Part shown: piece after piece, positions 27,010 through 35,836 of the stretch
Position numbering within the stretch: position 1 is the stretch's first letter
How the letters are laid out: each line of letters begins with the position of its first letter
Origin: Chloroflexota bacterium
Lineage (GTDB): Bacteria > Chloroflexota > UBA6077
Length of the DNA: 35,836 nt
Direction of reading: 5' to 3'
NCBI GenBank assembly: GCA_027372455.1
Contig: DAHXJB010000282.1
Coordinates: forward strand, 1 to 35,836
Notes under the pieces: generated by a model
Seen by the model: the letters and a program-made list of their open reading frames with translations, nothing else
Told to the model about the DNA's origin: nothing
The model's database searches: none
Position numbers and translations under genes: made by a program

Positions 27010-27037
27010 TTGCCGAGCAGTGAAACTGTGGTATAGT
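27010..27037 (+). promoter_or_regulatory. Promoter for the first tatA
   Basis: TTGCCG-N16-TATAGT with extended TG. A divergent TATAAT for kimA lies at 26949-26954 (-). Confidence 0.55.
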
Positions 27038-27098
27038 GGCACATGCCAGATAGATGCGCTAGAGAGCGTTGACTACTTTGGGCCAATCAGGAGGAGCT

Positions 27099-27380
27099 AT
27101 GTTCGGCGGTGCACTGCAGCCCACCCATTTGATCCTGATCCTGGTGATCGTGCTCATAATCTTTGGACCCGGCAAGCTACCAGATATCGGTGGATCTCTG
27201 GGAAAGGGCATCAACGAGTTCAAGCGAAGCATGTCTGGCGGAACCGAGGGCAGCTCGGATCCCAAGGCTGCTTCTGGAGAGCTGCAGTCATCGTCCCAGT
27301 CGAACCTCTGCCCGAACTGCCAAAGCGAAAACCCAACCGGGCACCAGTTCTGCGGCAAGTGCGGGACCAAGCTGGCATAG
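27099..27380 (+). CDS. tatA: TatA/TatE subunit with C-terminal zinc ribbon (copy 1)
   Basis: [34 protein letters not shown] plus [28 protein letters not shown]. Confidence 0.92.
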   Translation: MFGGALQPTHLILILVIVLIIFGPGKLPDIGGSLGKGINEFKRSMSGGTEGSSDPKAASGELQSSSQSNLCPNCQSENPTGHQFCGKCGTKLA

Positions 27381-27433
27381 CCCGCCAGAGGCAGTCGTAA
27401 CTCGAAGGTCGCCAAAGTCGTGCTGGGTCTTTC

Positions 27434-27470
27434 ACCGCGGCCTCATAGGATGGGGTCGCGGTTTGATTTT
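27434..27470 (+). terminator. Probable intrinsic terminator after tatA copy 1
   Basis: ACCGCGGCCTCAT-AGG-ATGGGGTCGCGGT (stem includes G-U pairs) followed by TTGATTTT. Confidence 0.6.
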
Positions 27471-27535
27471 GTGACTCTCTACTAGCGCACGTTGGGATTC
27501 GTCGCAGTAAATCCGAAGACGGCCTTGCTTAACAG

Positions 27536-27544
27536 TGCTATAAT
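27536..27544 (+). promoter_or_regulatory. Extended -10 promoter for the second tatA
   Basis: TGCTATAAT about 40 nt before the start codon. Confidence 0.6.
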
Positions 27545-27584
27545 TGCGAAGGTTATGGCACCCAACGTATCCGGGAGGCAGCCT

Positions 27585-27860
27585 GTGTTTGAAGGAATTC
27601 TCCAACCGACCCATCTCATAATCATTCTCGTCATCGTGCTGATCGTGTTCGGTCCGGGCAAGCTCCCGGAAATCGGTGGCTCGCTGGGAAGAGGCATTAA
27701 CGAGTTCAAGCGAAGCATCTCCCCGGATGCGGACGCCGGAGAGAAAGCCGCGCAGCCCCCAGCAAAGACAGCGCCGGCCGTGAGCGTGTGCCCCACCTGC
27801 CAGACAGAGAACCAGGCAGGTAATCAGTTCTGCGGCAAGTGCGGGACAAGACTGTCCTAG
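27585..27860 (+). CDS. tatA: TatA/TatE subunit with C-terminal zinc ribbon (copy 2)
   Basis: [34 protein letters not shown] plus [22 protein letters not shown] start with GGGAGG. Confidence 0.92.
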   Translation: MFEGILQPTHLIIILVIVLIVFGPGKLPEIGGSLGRGINEFKRSISPDADAGEKAAQPPAKTAPAVSVCPTCQTENQAGNQFCGKCGTRLS

Positions 27861-27866
27861 GCAGGA

Positions 27867-28262
27867 CTACCGCAGCAGGTAGGGGAAACTGGTCACCACC
27901 ACCCCCGGCCTGTAGAGCAGGGCGGCTTTCAGACGCAGAGCGGTCTGGTTGTGGAGAAGGTTGTCCCACCAGAAGCTGGGGACAAACTCCGGCAACACAA
28001 CCACCACCAGGGTGTCGTCGGGATGGGTCTCTCTCAAGGCATCCACGTAGGCCAGCAGGGGAGAAAGCAACAGCCGGTAGGGGGACTCTATGATGACCAG
28101 GGGTAGCTCACCTGCTACCTCAGGCCACTCTCTGCGAAGCTCCTCCGCCTGTGCGGTGTCTGTTGCCACATGCACTGCCACTACCCGCCTGCTCAGCTCT
28201 TCGGCGAAGGCCAGGGCCTGACGGGCTATTCTGCTTAGACTTGACACGGGCACCAAGACCAT
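27867..28262 (-). CDS. Stand-alone KimA-like C-terminal cytoplasmic domain (small protein or truncated paralog)
   Basis: Aligns with the last ~130 aa of 24857-26902 (LVIIESPYRLLL, LPEFVP, LHNQTALRLK). No TM part. ATG 28262 coincides with the start of homology. Confidence 0.7.
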   Translation of the reverse strand: MVLVPVSSLSRIARQALAFAEELSRRVVAVHVATDTAQAEELRREWPEVAGELPLVIIESPYRLLLSPLLAYVDALRETHPDDTLVVVVLPEFVPSFWWDNLLHNQTALRLKAALLYRPGVVVTSFPYLLR

Positions 28263-28447
28263 TGGTGCCCGTCCTCTTGACCTCCTGCCGACCAGATAGC
28301 AATCTCCGTACAACCGAACTCCATGGCTCGTGGCCAAACGTCGGGCCTTCCATATCTGCCATTCTAGCCATTCCGTCACCCGTCCCCCATCTCTGTGTGA
28401 TAGAATGGCCCTGTGCATTGGTGTCGAGCCGGCTGGAGATGATTCCC

Positions 28448-29434
28448 ATGTGGCAGGTAATCGGGCATGATCGCCCGATACATCTACTTCGAAGCAGCGT
28501 TGCGGCCGGCCGAGTCTCTCACGCTTATCTCCTTTCTGGACCCAGACAGGTAGGAAAGCTGACGCTGGCCCGGGAATTGGCCAAGGCGCTGAACTGTCTC
28601 GAGTCCGATCGCCCCTGCGGGAACTGTCGATCCTGTCGGAAGATCGAGCGAGGCGTGCACCCTGACGTTCAGGTGGTCAAGTTGGAGGATGGCGCCAAGA
28701 GCATCGGCATCGACGTCGTCCGCGAGATTCAGGAGAGGGTTGCACTGCGTCCCGCCGAAGGCAGCGTGAAGGTCTACATCATCGAAGAGGCCGAACGGAT
28801 GTCGGAACAGGCAGCCAATGCCCTTCTCAAGACCCTGGAGGAACCACCGCCTTCGGTGCTCATGGTGCTGACTACCCTGGACTCGACATTGTTGCTACCG
28901 ACTCTGGTATCTCGATGCCAGCAGGTGGATCTCCTTCCGGTCCCAACCAGTATCATCGAGGGTACAGTCTGTGGACGGACGGGGGTGGATCCCGAGCAGG
29001 CACGGTTGGTGGCGTCCCTCGCCAAGGGCAGGGTGGGATGGGCGATCGAGGCCATCGCGAACCCGGCGATGCTGCGCAGGCGGGCCGAACTGATGGACCG
29101 TCTGATGGCTCTTCCGCGAGCCAATCGGGTGGACCGCTTCGCCTACGCTTCGGAGCTGGCCTCTCTATCCGGTCGTGATCCGGAGGCCGCTCGATCGGTA
29201 CTGGAGAGTTGGCAATCCTGGTGGCGGGACCTACTGCTCTATCGTCTCGGCATGGAGGATCTGGTGGTCAACGTTGACCTGAAGGATCTTCTAGGGTCGC
29301 AGGTGCGGCTGTACCCGGCGCACGTTCTGGGCCAGATGATAAAGGCGATACAGGAGACAATCGCCATGCTGGCCCAGAACGTCAACGCCCGCCTGGCCCT
29401 CGAGGTCCTCATGTTGCGCATGCCACGGATCTGA
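28448..29434 (+). CDS. holB: DNA polymerase III subunit delta'
   Basis: HAYLLSGPRQVGK, C..RPCGNCRSC, HPDV, AANALLKTLEEPP, LLPTLVSRC. Confidence 0.95.
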   Translation: MWQVIGHDRPIHLLRSSVAAGRVSHAYLLSGPRQVGKLTLARELAKALNCLESDRPCGNCRSCRKIERGVHPDVQVVKLEDGAKSIGIDVVREIQERVALRPAEGSVKVYIIEEAERMSEQAANALLKTLEEPPPSVLMVLTTLDSTLLLPTLVSRCQQVDLLPVPTSIIEGTVCGRTGVDPEQARLVASLAKGRVGWAIEAIANPAMLRRRAELMDRLMALPRANRVDRFAYASELASLSGRDPEAARSVLESWQSWWRDLLLYRLGMEDLVVNVDLKDLLGSQVRLYPAHVLGQMIKAIQETIAMLAQNVNARLALEVLMLRMPRI

Positions 29435-29519
29435 AAGATCTGGCGTGCGCCAAGAAGGTGCGGATCAGGGTGACTCGCATCTAACACTCCGTTCTATGCC
29501 CTTGCTTGATAGGTGAGAA

Positions 29520-30377
29520 ATGACTTGCATCGTAGGCGTCCGCTTCAAGAAAGCCGGCAGGATTTACTACTTCGATCCGGGACAGTACTCCCTGGCAAAC
29601 GATGAGCTGGTCATAGTCGAGACATCGAAGGGCATCGAGTTGGGCAAGGTGGTCATCGCTCCCTCCGAGGTGGTGGAGAGCGACGTGACGGAGCCGCTGA
29701 AGCCGGTGCTGCGCAAGGCAACCCCCGAGGACATAGACAGGCTTCACAGCTTCAGATCCCGCGAGGCAGATGCGCTGGCAAAGTGCAAGGAGCGGGTGAA
29801 AAGCTTCGGCCTGCCGATGAAGCTGATTGCCGCGGAGTACAACTTCGATGGAAGCCGGCTGGTGTTCACCTTCACTGCCGAGGGCAGGGTCGACTTTCGG
29901 CAGTTGGTCAGGGACCTGGCCGGCATATTCAGAACCCGCATCGAGTTGCGGCAGGTCGGTGTCCGCGACGAGGCGAAGCAGTTGAGCGGATACGGACGAT
30001 GCGGCAGGCCGCTCTGCTGCTGCGCGTTCCTGGACGATTTCTCCTCGGTATCCATAAAGATGGCGAAGGAGCAGGAGCTTCCCCTCAACCCCATGAAGAT
30101 ATCCGGGCTGTGCGGCCGGCTGCTCTGCTGCCTGGGGTATGAGAACAAGGCCTACTGTGAGATGCGGCAAGGGCTTCCGAAGGCAGGGGAGAGGGTGAGC
30201 ACCATTCAGGGTGAAGGCCTAGTGGTGGCCGTGAACGTTCTCAAGCAGAGCGTGACGGTGGAGGTGGAAGAAAAGGGGATTCTGGAGCTGGGTTCTACCG
30301 AGATCAGCCGGCTCAACGACAGGGACAAGAGGGAAGAGGCCAAGCCCGCCGAAAAGCCAAACTCCACGAAAAGGTAG
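29520..30377 (+). CDS. ricT: PSP1 domain protein RicT/YaaT
   Basis: GVRFKKAGRIYYF, RVDFR, RIELRQVGVRDEAK, GRCGRPLCC, KISGLCGRLLCCL; follows holB. Confidence 0.93.
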   Translation: MTCIVGVRFKKAGRIYYFDPGQYSLANDELVIVETSKGIELGKVVIAPSEVVESDVTEPLKPVLRKATPEDIDRLHSFRSREADALAKCKERVKSFGLPMKLIAAEYNFDGSRLVFTFTAEGRVDFRQLVRDLAGIFRTRIELRQVGVRDEAKQLSGYGRCGRPLCCCAFLDDFSSVSIKMAKEQELPLNPMKISGLCGRLLCCLGYENKAYCEMRQGLPKAGERVSTIQGEGLVVAVNVLKQSVTVEVEEKGILELGSTEISRLNDRDKREEAKPAEKPNSTKR

Positions 30378-30386
30378 GTGCCACCG

Positions 30387-31322
30387 ATGACGCAATCCGA
30401 ATCGGCTGAAATCGTGGTGCTTGGAGCTACCTGCCTCGATGTCAAGATCCGCCCTCTGGCTCCGATCCAGCCAGGCACTTCCAACCCCGCGCAGATCCGG
30501 CTTTGCGAGGGAGGCTGCGGTCGGAACGTCGCCGAGAACCTGGCGCGGCTCGGAGTGAGGGTCACCCTCCTCTCTGTTGTGGGAACCGACCTGCTGGGCC
30601 AGCGACTTCTGGATCTCACCGCGGCGGCCGGGGTGGACGTGAGCCGAGTCATACTCAGCCCGGACCACACCACCGGCGCCTGCCTAGCCATGTTCACGGA
30701 CGAGAATCGGCAGGGCTACGCTCTCGATGATGTGAACCAGTTGAGGATCATCACCCCGGAGTATCTGTTGACCCAGAGGGAGCTGCTCTCGAACGCGAAG
30801 ATGGTGATGGTGGACGGCAACGTCGAGCGAGAGGCGGCAGCCATGGCCCTCTCCCTATCGAAGGAGTATGGAGTCCCCGTGGGCCTCGATCCGGCATGTG
30901 TGCGCCGCGCCTACGCCATACGCCCCCACCTATCGGAGTTCTACCTGGTGACCCCCGATCGAGCCGAGGCCGAGGCGCTGCTGGACACCACCATCGGCAG
31001 CGCGGAGGGTGCCCTGGAGGCAGCCAGGAGGATGGTAGCGCTCGGGGTGAAGGTGGCGATCATCACATTGGCCGAGGAGGGTTTGGTCTACGCCACCTCC
31101 GAAGGGCATGGAAGGATCCCCGCCATCCGATCCGACATCGCCGACTGGACAGGAGCGGGAGACGCCCTGGCAGCCGCCGTCCTCTACGGACTGATCAATC
31201 AGATGCCGGTGGACGAGGTGATGAGGCTGGGAATAGCAGCTGCCACGCTAACCCTAAAGTCGGCGAAGAGCGTGAACCCGGATATGAGCCTCGAACAACT
31301 CTACGCCAACATGGTGATCTAA
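30387..31322 (+). CDS. PfkB family carbohydrate/nucleoside kinase (pseudouridine kinase-like)
   Basis: GGCGRNVAENLARLG, VGTDLLG, DWTGAGDA. Start is 30378 or 30387. Confidence 0.88.
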   Translation: MTQSESAEIVVLGATCLDVKIRPLAPIQPGTSNPAQIRLCEGGCGRNVAENLARLGVRVTLLSVVGTDLLGQRLLDLTAAAGVDVSRVILSPDHTTGACLAMFTDENRQGYALDDVNQLRIITPEYLLTQRELLSNAKMVMVDGNVEREAAAMALSLSKEYGVPVGLDPACVRRAYAIRPHLSEFYLVTPDRAEAEALLDTTIGSAEGALEAARRMVALGVKVAIITLAEEGLVYATSEGHGRIPAIRSDIADWTGAGDALAAAVLYGLINQMPVDEVMRLGIAAATLTLKSAKSVNPDMSLEQLYANMVI

Positions 31323-31370
31323 GTAGCATAACGCCTGATGGCCGGGGACACTCTCACTCTATAGCAACTC

Positions 31371-33086
31371 TCACCGGGTACCGGGCGACACCGGCGGCGG
31401 GGATTCCAGCACAGTCGCCTCTATCGGCAGCAATCCGGCCTCCTTGGCGATGTCACCCCCGTTAGCCACCGTGATGTCCCCCGCCTTCGCCCAGGGGACA
31501 TCCACCTTCCACCGCTGTAGAACTGCCCGCTGGGCCCGCAGCACCACAGCGTTCCCCATGTCCGCGAGGCTGATCGGCAGGCCAAAGTGGGCGAGAGGGT
31601 CCGAGTCGGCCTCGAAGAACGCCTTGATCTTCGGATCCCCATCCAGGATGCGCCAGTGGCGCTGCTGTATGGCAGCCCAGCTCAGCCCGGCGTCGGCCGA
31701 GCTGTCGGGTCGACGAGGGGTCTGACGAACCGTGAACAGCCAGTCATCCTTGTTCTTCTCGGAGAGAACGTCGAAGACGTTGACGAACCACACCTGCTTC
31801 TGATCCGGTCGCCACTGAAGTATGAACTTCTGGGTGGCCTGGCAGATGAAACCATCCATGAAGAAGCGACGAGAAATGGGATAGCCCAGCGCGTCAACGC
31901 CGCCCAGCCGCTGAAACTCACTCCAGAAGGGCACCCCTGAGTCGTCTGTGATGCTGTATCCGTAGGGGCTCCTCCCCAGCGGAGAGCCGTTGGCCTGGGA
32001 GTAGAAGTGACCGTTGGGGATCGGGTAGTCCAGCTTACCACCCACCAGCACCACCGCCGAAGCTCCCCCCGGCATGGTCATCGACGATAGGGTCGTGACG
32101 AAGTTGGGGCTGCCGGCAACCTTGGGCATCTGCCGGATCATTGCCGCCGTGGGAGAGAGGTTTATCGGGTTCCCCGCGGCGTCGGCATCGAACATCCAGA
32201 AGACTTTCGCCTCCGGGTTATAGAAGTGTGGTGTGGCCGCCACCACCCTGGGATCCTTCAACCAGTAGTTGAAGGCAGTCTGGTAGTACTGAGCGATCGC
32301 CCGTGGGTCGTTCACGAAGCCGATGTAGGACTCGGTGATGAAAACCGGCAGGTTCACCCCGATGTAATCCAACTCCAGGGAGTAGCCACGATAAGTGAAG
32401 CGAACCCCCCTGTCCTCGAAGAATTGGTACGGGTTGCTGGCCCAGCCGTCCAGCCGGGTGAAGATGTCCGGGACCTCGGCTTTCATACCCGCCAGGAACT
32501 GGAACTCGTCCATCATCCCCGGCTGAGTGAGGTTGGACAGGTCGAAAGGAGCGTTAAGGATCTTGAATCGATCGTGAACGTCGGCGAAGGTGTCCAGGAA
32601 CGACTTCAAGTAAAGAGCGTACTCCTGGGGGTTCGGCTGCCCGCCCCACTCGATGCCAAGGTTCGGCTCGTTGCCCACGATAAGATAGGTAGCGGGGGTG
32701 TGCCACTTCAGTCCGGTGAGAAACTTCTTCCACTGCAAAGCCTGATCCGGCGCTGGCTTGACCCAGTACATGCTGTCCTGATGGGTGGAGAGCCGCAGAA
32801 TGGGGATCAGATGGTAGCGATCGGCGTTGTCCAGGAATTGCTGGATCCGCGCCGGGTTCTGCCAGTCCTCGTCGACCAGCAATACGAGCACATATCCCCA
32901 ATCGCCGCCGGAGGAGTTGACGATCTTGGAAACCGCGCTCAGGTGTTGGGCGTCGAACCAGCGGATCACGTTTATGCCAACCTTGTTGTTTGGAACAGCG
33001 GGATCGGCATGGGCAACAGGGACGACACCAACGAGAGCCACAAGCAGAGACAGCAACAGGAGAAGCTGGCGCGCGAACGTGGTCAA
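31371..33086 (-). CDS. Secreted protein with clan GH-A-like glycoside hydrolase domain and C-terminal GYPIS/GLPIS repeats
   Basis: Signal peptide ending VAHA; VGNEPN and VFITE motifs; LGYPIS and FGLPIS repeats. TTG 33086 has GGGAGGT upstream. Confidence 0.72.
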   Translation of the reverse strand: MTTFARQLLLLLSLLVALVGVVPVAHADPAVPNNKVGINVIRWFDAQHLSAVSKIVNSSGGDWGYVLVLLVDEDWQNPARIQQFLDNADRYHLIPILRLSTHQDSMYWVKPAPDQALQWKKFLTGLKWHTPATYLIVGNEPNLGIEWGGQPNPQEYALYLKSFLDTFADVHDRFKILNAPFDLSNLTQPGMMDEFQFLAGMKAEVPDIFTRLDGWASNPYQFFEDRGVRFTYRGYSLELDYIGVNLPVFITESYIGFVNDPRAIAQYYQTAFNYWLKDPRVVAATPHFYNPEAKVFWMFDADAAGNPINLSPTAAMIRQMPKVAGSPNFVTTLSSMTMPGGASAVVLVGGKLDYPIPNGHFYSQANGSPLGRSPYGYSITDDSGVPFWSEFQRLGGVDALGYPISRRFFMDGFICQATQKFILQWRPDQKQVWFVNVFDVLSEKNKDDWLFTVRQTPRRPDSSADAGLSWAAIQQRHWRILDGDPKIKAFFEADSDPLAHFGLPISLADMGNAVVLRAQRAVLQRWKVDVPWAKAGDITVANGGDIAKEAGLLPIEATVLESPPPVSPGTR

Positions 33087-33176
33087 GGCAACCTCCCGGT
33101 ATCCGGAGGATATGTCAGACAGACAGAACGAGTAGTCGGGGGAACACAAAAAGAAGTTGCAAGTTGAACCTGCAGG

Positions 33177-33206
33177 AGAATACGGGACGGCAACCCGTGC
33201 CGTCAA
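33177..33206 (-). promoter_or_regulatory. Promoter with an embedded palindrome, upstream of the GH-like gene
   Basis: TTGACG-N18-TATTCT; GACGGCA-N5-TGCCGTC at 33186-33204. Confidence 0.5.
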
Positions 33207-33331
33207 TGCCCAGTGCCCAAATCGGGGAACGTTCCGGAAAAATCGGCCCATTAGGATGTGGGCGGGCAGCACGTTCGGATCACGCTACCTACGCGCGAGG
33301 TCTGGAGGGTCGATGCGGGAGACGGCCGGAT

Positions 33332-34654
33332 CTAAGCGCGCCGAAGGTAGGTCTCCAGCTCCCACGAGCTTATGTGTCTGCGGTATGCGAGCCATTCCCG
33401 AGCCTTGACGGCGAGAAAGCGCTCGTAGATCGGTTGTCCAAGCGCGGCCCGCACTACCGGATCCCAGTCCAGCTCCTCCAGCGCCTCCTCGAGGGTCTCC
33501 GGCAGGGGATCCACCCGTTCCTCCCGGTCCTCCAACCCATCCAGCTGCTCCACAGGCGCCGGCAGGGATGATTTATTCTGAATCCCGTCCAGGCCAGCCT
33601 CCAGCATCACAGCGAGTGCAAGATATGGGTTGCAGGCGGGATCCGAGGCCCTGAACTCCACCCGAGTGCCGGTCTTCAACCTCAGTTCGGGAATACGTAT
33701 GAGCGACCAACGATTCACGCGAGCCCAGGAGATCCTGGAAGGGGCCTCGGCGCCCCCCAATAGCCGCTTGTAGGAGTTGACCAGGGGAGCGACCACAGCA
33801 CACAGCCCGCGTGCATGTGCCAACTGGCCGGCCACAAACCAGCGACCCAGATCGGATAGATGGTAGCGGTTTCCAGGGTCCTGGAACAGGTTGGAGCCAT
33901 CTCTCGGATCGACCAGCCGCTGTTGAAGATGCAATCCCGACCCGCTGACCCCCTCGATCGGCTTGGGCATGAAGCTGATAAGCAGATGGTCCCTGCTGGC
34001 AAAGGCCTTTAGCCCGCTCTTGAGCGTCACAATGGCATCGGCAGCTTCCAAGGCTCCAAGCTCTGCCACATCGATCTCCTGCTGGCCGGCAACCACCTCG
34101 TGGTGGGTTGTCTCCACCTGGAATCCGACGCTCGACAGCGCCAGCACGGTGCTGAAACATAACCTTTCCGCTCGATCGTCGGGAACCTCGAAGTATCCGC
34201 TCCTATCCACCGGCTTCAATGTCGGGCAGGCAGTGGCCGAGTCTCCATCCTCAAAGACGAAGAACTCCAACTCGCTGGACACCCGATAATCGAAGCCCAG
34301 CTCGGCTGCCTCCGCCAGAACGGCTCTCAGGGCGTTGCGAGGATCGGCTGGAAACGGGGCACCATCCGGCAGGCAGAGATCGCAGATCAACCGGGCCGTC
34401 GGCTGCGACTCCCAGGGTAGGAGCACGAACGTCGATGGGTCCGGACGAAGATAGAGGTCGCTCTCCACAACTCTCGCGGCCCCCTCTACCGCCGAGCCAT
34501 CAAACCAGACACCATCTTCCAGGGCACCGCGGAGCCTACCCGCGGGAAGACTCACCGTCTTGATCGCGCCGGATACGTCGGTGAACTGGAGATTCAGAAA
34601 GCTGACGCCGGTGCGTCGGACCCCATCGAGCAGTTCTTCGATTCGCTCGTCCAT
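33332..34654 (-). CDS. glnA: Glutamine synthetase type I family protein
   Basis: FDGS, ELEFF, HHEV..GQQEI, FMPKP..SGSGLH, NSYKRL, EAP, RVEFR..D..CNPYL. Confidence 0.88.
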   Translation of the reverse strand: MDERIEELLDGVRRTGVSFLNLQFTDVSGAIKTVSLPAGRLRGALEDGVWFDGSAVEGAARVVESDLYLRPDPSTFVLLPWESQPTARLICDLCLPDGAPFPADPRNALRAVLAEAAELGFDYRVSSELEFFVFEDGDSATACPTLKPVDRSGYFEVPDDRAERLCFSTVLALSSVGFQVETTHHEVVAGQQEIDVAELGALEAADAIVTLKSGLKAFASRDHLLISFMPKPIEGVSGSGLHLQQRLVDPRDGSNLFQDPGNRYHLSDLGRWFVAGQLAHARGLCAVVAPLVNSYKRLLGGAEAPSRISWARVNRWSLIRIPELRLKTGTRVEFRASDPACNPYLALAVMLEAGLDGIQNKSSLPAPVEQLDGLEDREERVDPLPETLEEALEELDWDPVVRAALGQPIYERFLAVKAREWLAYRRHISSWELETYLRRA

Positions 34655-34704
34655 CTGTATCCCTGCCTTCTCAAGAAAACGATATCCCTGGCTGCAAGAA
34701 GCCT

Positions 34705-35706
34705 TCAGTGCACCAGTTGGCTACGGTGGACAAGCTCCGCTACAACGCCCAGGGCAATCAAGACGGCAAATACGGCCACGATGATCGCGGCGGTCAGCCA
34801 GGGTGACGTGAAGCCCCCGAGTGTGGAAGGAGCGATCTGAGCAGGACCATAGTCAGGGATAACCACAGCATCCAGATGTTCCAGATCCTGCTGCAGCTCC
34901 TCCATAGACGAGTAGCGTTCGGCAGGATCCCGCCGTAGGGCTCTAAACAGAACCGCCTCCAATTGGGGGGGCAGATCCGACCGCACCCGGCGCAGCAGGG
35001 GAGCCTCCGAATTGACCCGCTGACTCATGACCGCCAGGGCATTATCCCCCTGGAACGGTACCTCTCCAGTCACCATCTCAAACAGCATGACCCCCACGGA
35101 GTAGACGTCGGTGCGCGCGTCGCCGCGCTCCCCACGAACCTGCTCCGGCGCCATGTAGTCCGGCGTCCCCACGCTGTTGGAGAGGCGACGAAAAGTCAAG
35201 CGACGAGCACCACGCAGGAGGGCGATGCCGAAATCCACCAGTTTGACCTGCCCCTCGGACGTGATCAGGACGTTCTCCGGCTTTAGATCACGATGGACTA
35301 TGCCCCGCTCGTGACAGTAGCGAAGGGCATCCACCAACTGCCGGGTGATCTGCAGCGTCTTGTCCAGGGGCAGCGGAGAGTTCTCCGCCAACTGCTCTCG
35401 GAGCAATCTCCCCTCCACATACTCGAGCACCATGTACGGAGAGGTTCCACCACGCAGTTGGCCCTCGGCGATCAACCGCTGGATGTTGGGATGATCGAGC
35501 CGCTTGCCGATCTCCATCTCTCGCTGGTAACGGCTGAAGGTGGCAGGATCACCGATGATATTAGAGTAAGGGATCTTCAGAACGACGTCTCGGCCGGTCT
35601 CGCCGTCGCGGGCCTTGTAGGCCTCGCTCATCCCACCATGGCCCAGAACAGCGAGAATCTCGTACCTTCCGTCCACCCTGTCGCCTATGTCGTATCCCAC
35701 GCCCAC
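34705..35706 (-). CDS. Hanks-type Ser/Thr protein kinase with C-terminal TM helix
   Basis: [39 protein letters not shown]. Start probably GTG 35706 or 35700. Confidence 0.95.
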   Translation of the reverse strand: MGVGYDIGDRVDGRYEILAVLGHGGMSEAYKARDGETGRDVVLKIPYSNIIGDPATFSRYQREMEIGKRLDHPNIQRLIAEGQLRGGTSPYMVLEYVEGRLLREQLAENSPLPLDKTLQITRQLVDALRYCHERGIVHRDLKPENVLITSEGQVKLVDFGIALLRGARRLTFRRLSNSVGTPDYMAPEQVRGERGDARTDVYSVGVMLFEMVTGEVPFQGDNALAVMSQRVNSEAPLLRRVRSDLPPQLEAVLFRALRRDPAERYSSMEELQQDLEHLDAVVIPDYGPAQIAPSTLGGFTSPWLTAAIIVAVFAVLIALGVVAELVHRSQLVH

Positions 35707-35836
35707 TCCCAACCAAACCTCTTCACTCGAGCTAAGCACGTAGCCATAAGAAAGCGGGTCCAGGGCGCAGCGCCTAGCGGGGTTTGGGGTGCCCCAAAGA
35801 ATGCTTTTCTTGGTCACATGCTTAAATCCAACGCAC

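Noticed and set aside
28151..28447. Long N-terminal extensions of holB and of the KimA fragment (to 28418)
   Set aside because: They overlap each other on opposite strands, lack homology and cover a likely holB promoter (TGATAGAAT near 28398).

Overview
High-GC (roughly 60-65% by eye) bacterial chromosomal segment, most likely Chloroflexota (inferred from protein style and gene order; not proven). The left third is a replication cluster: dnaN-recF (-) faces away from rplI-dnaB-DnaD-like-tandem DnaC/IstB-like AAA+ ATPase (+). An intact 1521-bp IS256/Mutator-like element (imperfect 31-bp TIRs, 8-bp target duplication TGGGCGCT) sits between their promoters, and dnaA is not in the window. Next come a LysM membrane protein, an HNH nuclease and a USP-TrkA-TrkA operon. 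A patchwork envelope-stress block follows (about 15.3-24.8 kb): HtrA, monofunctional transglycosylase, OmpR/HK pair, a 35-aa ORF, efflux-adaptor and IS1380 remnants, a low-GC phosphodiester glycosidase gene, an ABC exporter and a PepSY protein. The right part has a KimA-like K+ transporter, two tandem TatA genes with C-terminal zinc ribbons, a stand-alone copy of the KimA cytoplasmic domain, holB-ricT-PfkB kinase, a secreted GH-A-like protein, a glutamine synthetase family gene and a Ser/Thr kinase. No rRNA, tRNA or CRISPR array was seen. The strongest leads are the TatA-zinc-ribbon pair, the doubled helicase-loader ATPase, a foreign gene sitting behind a duplicated host RBS/start, two promoters with matching 11-bp-phased boxes, and the free KimA C-terminal domain.
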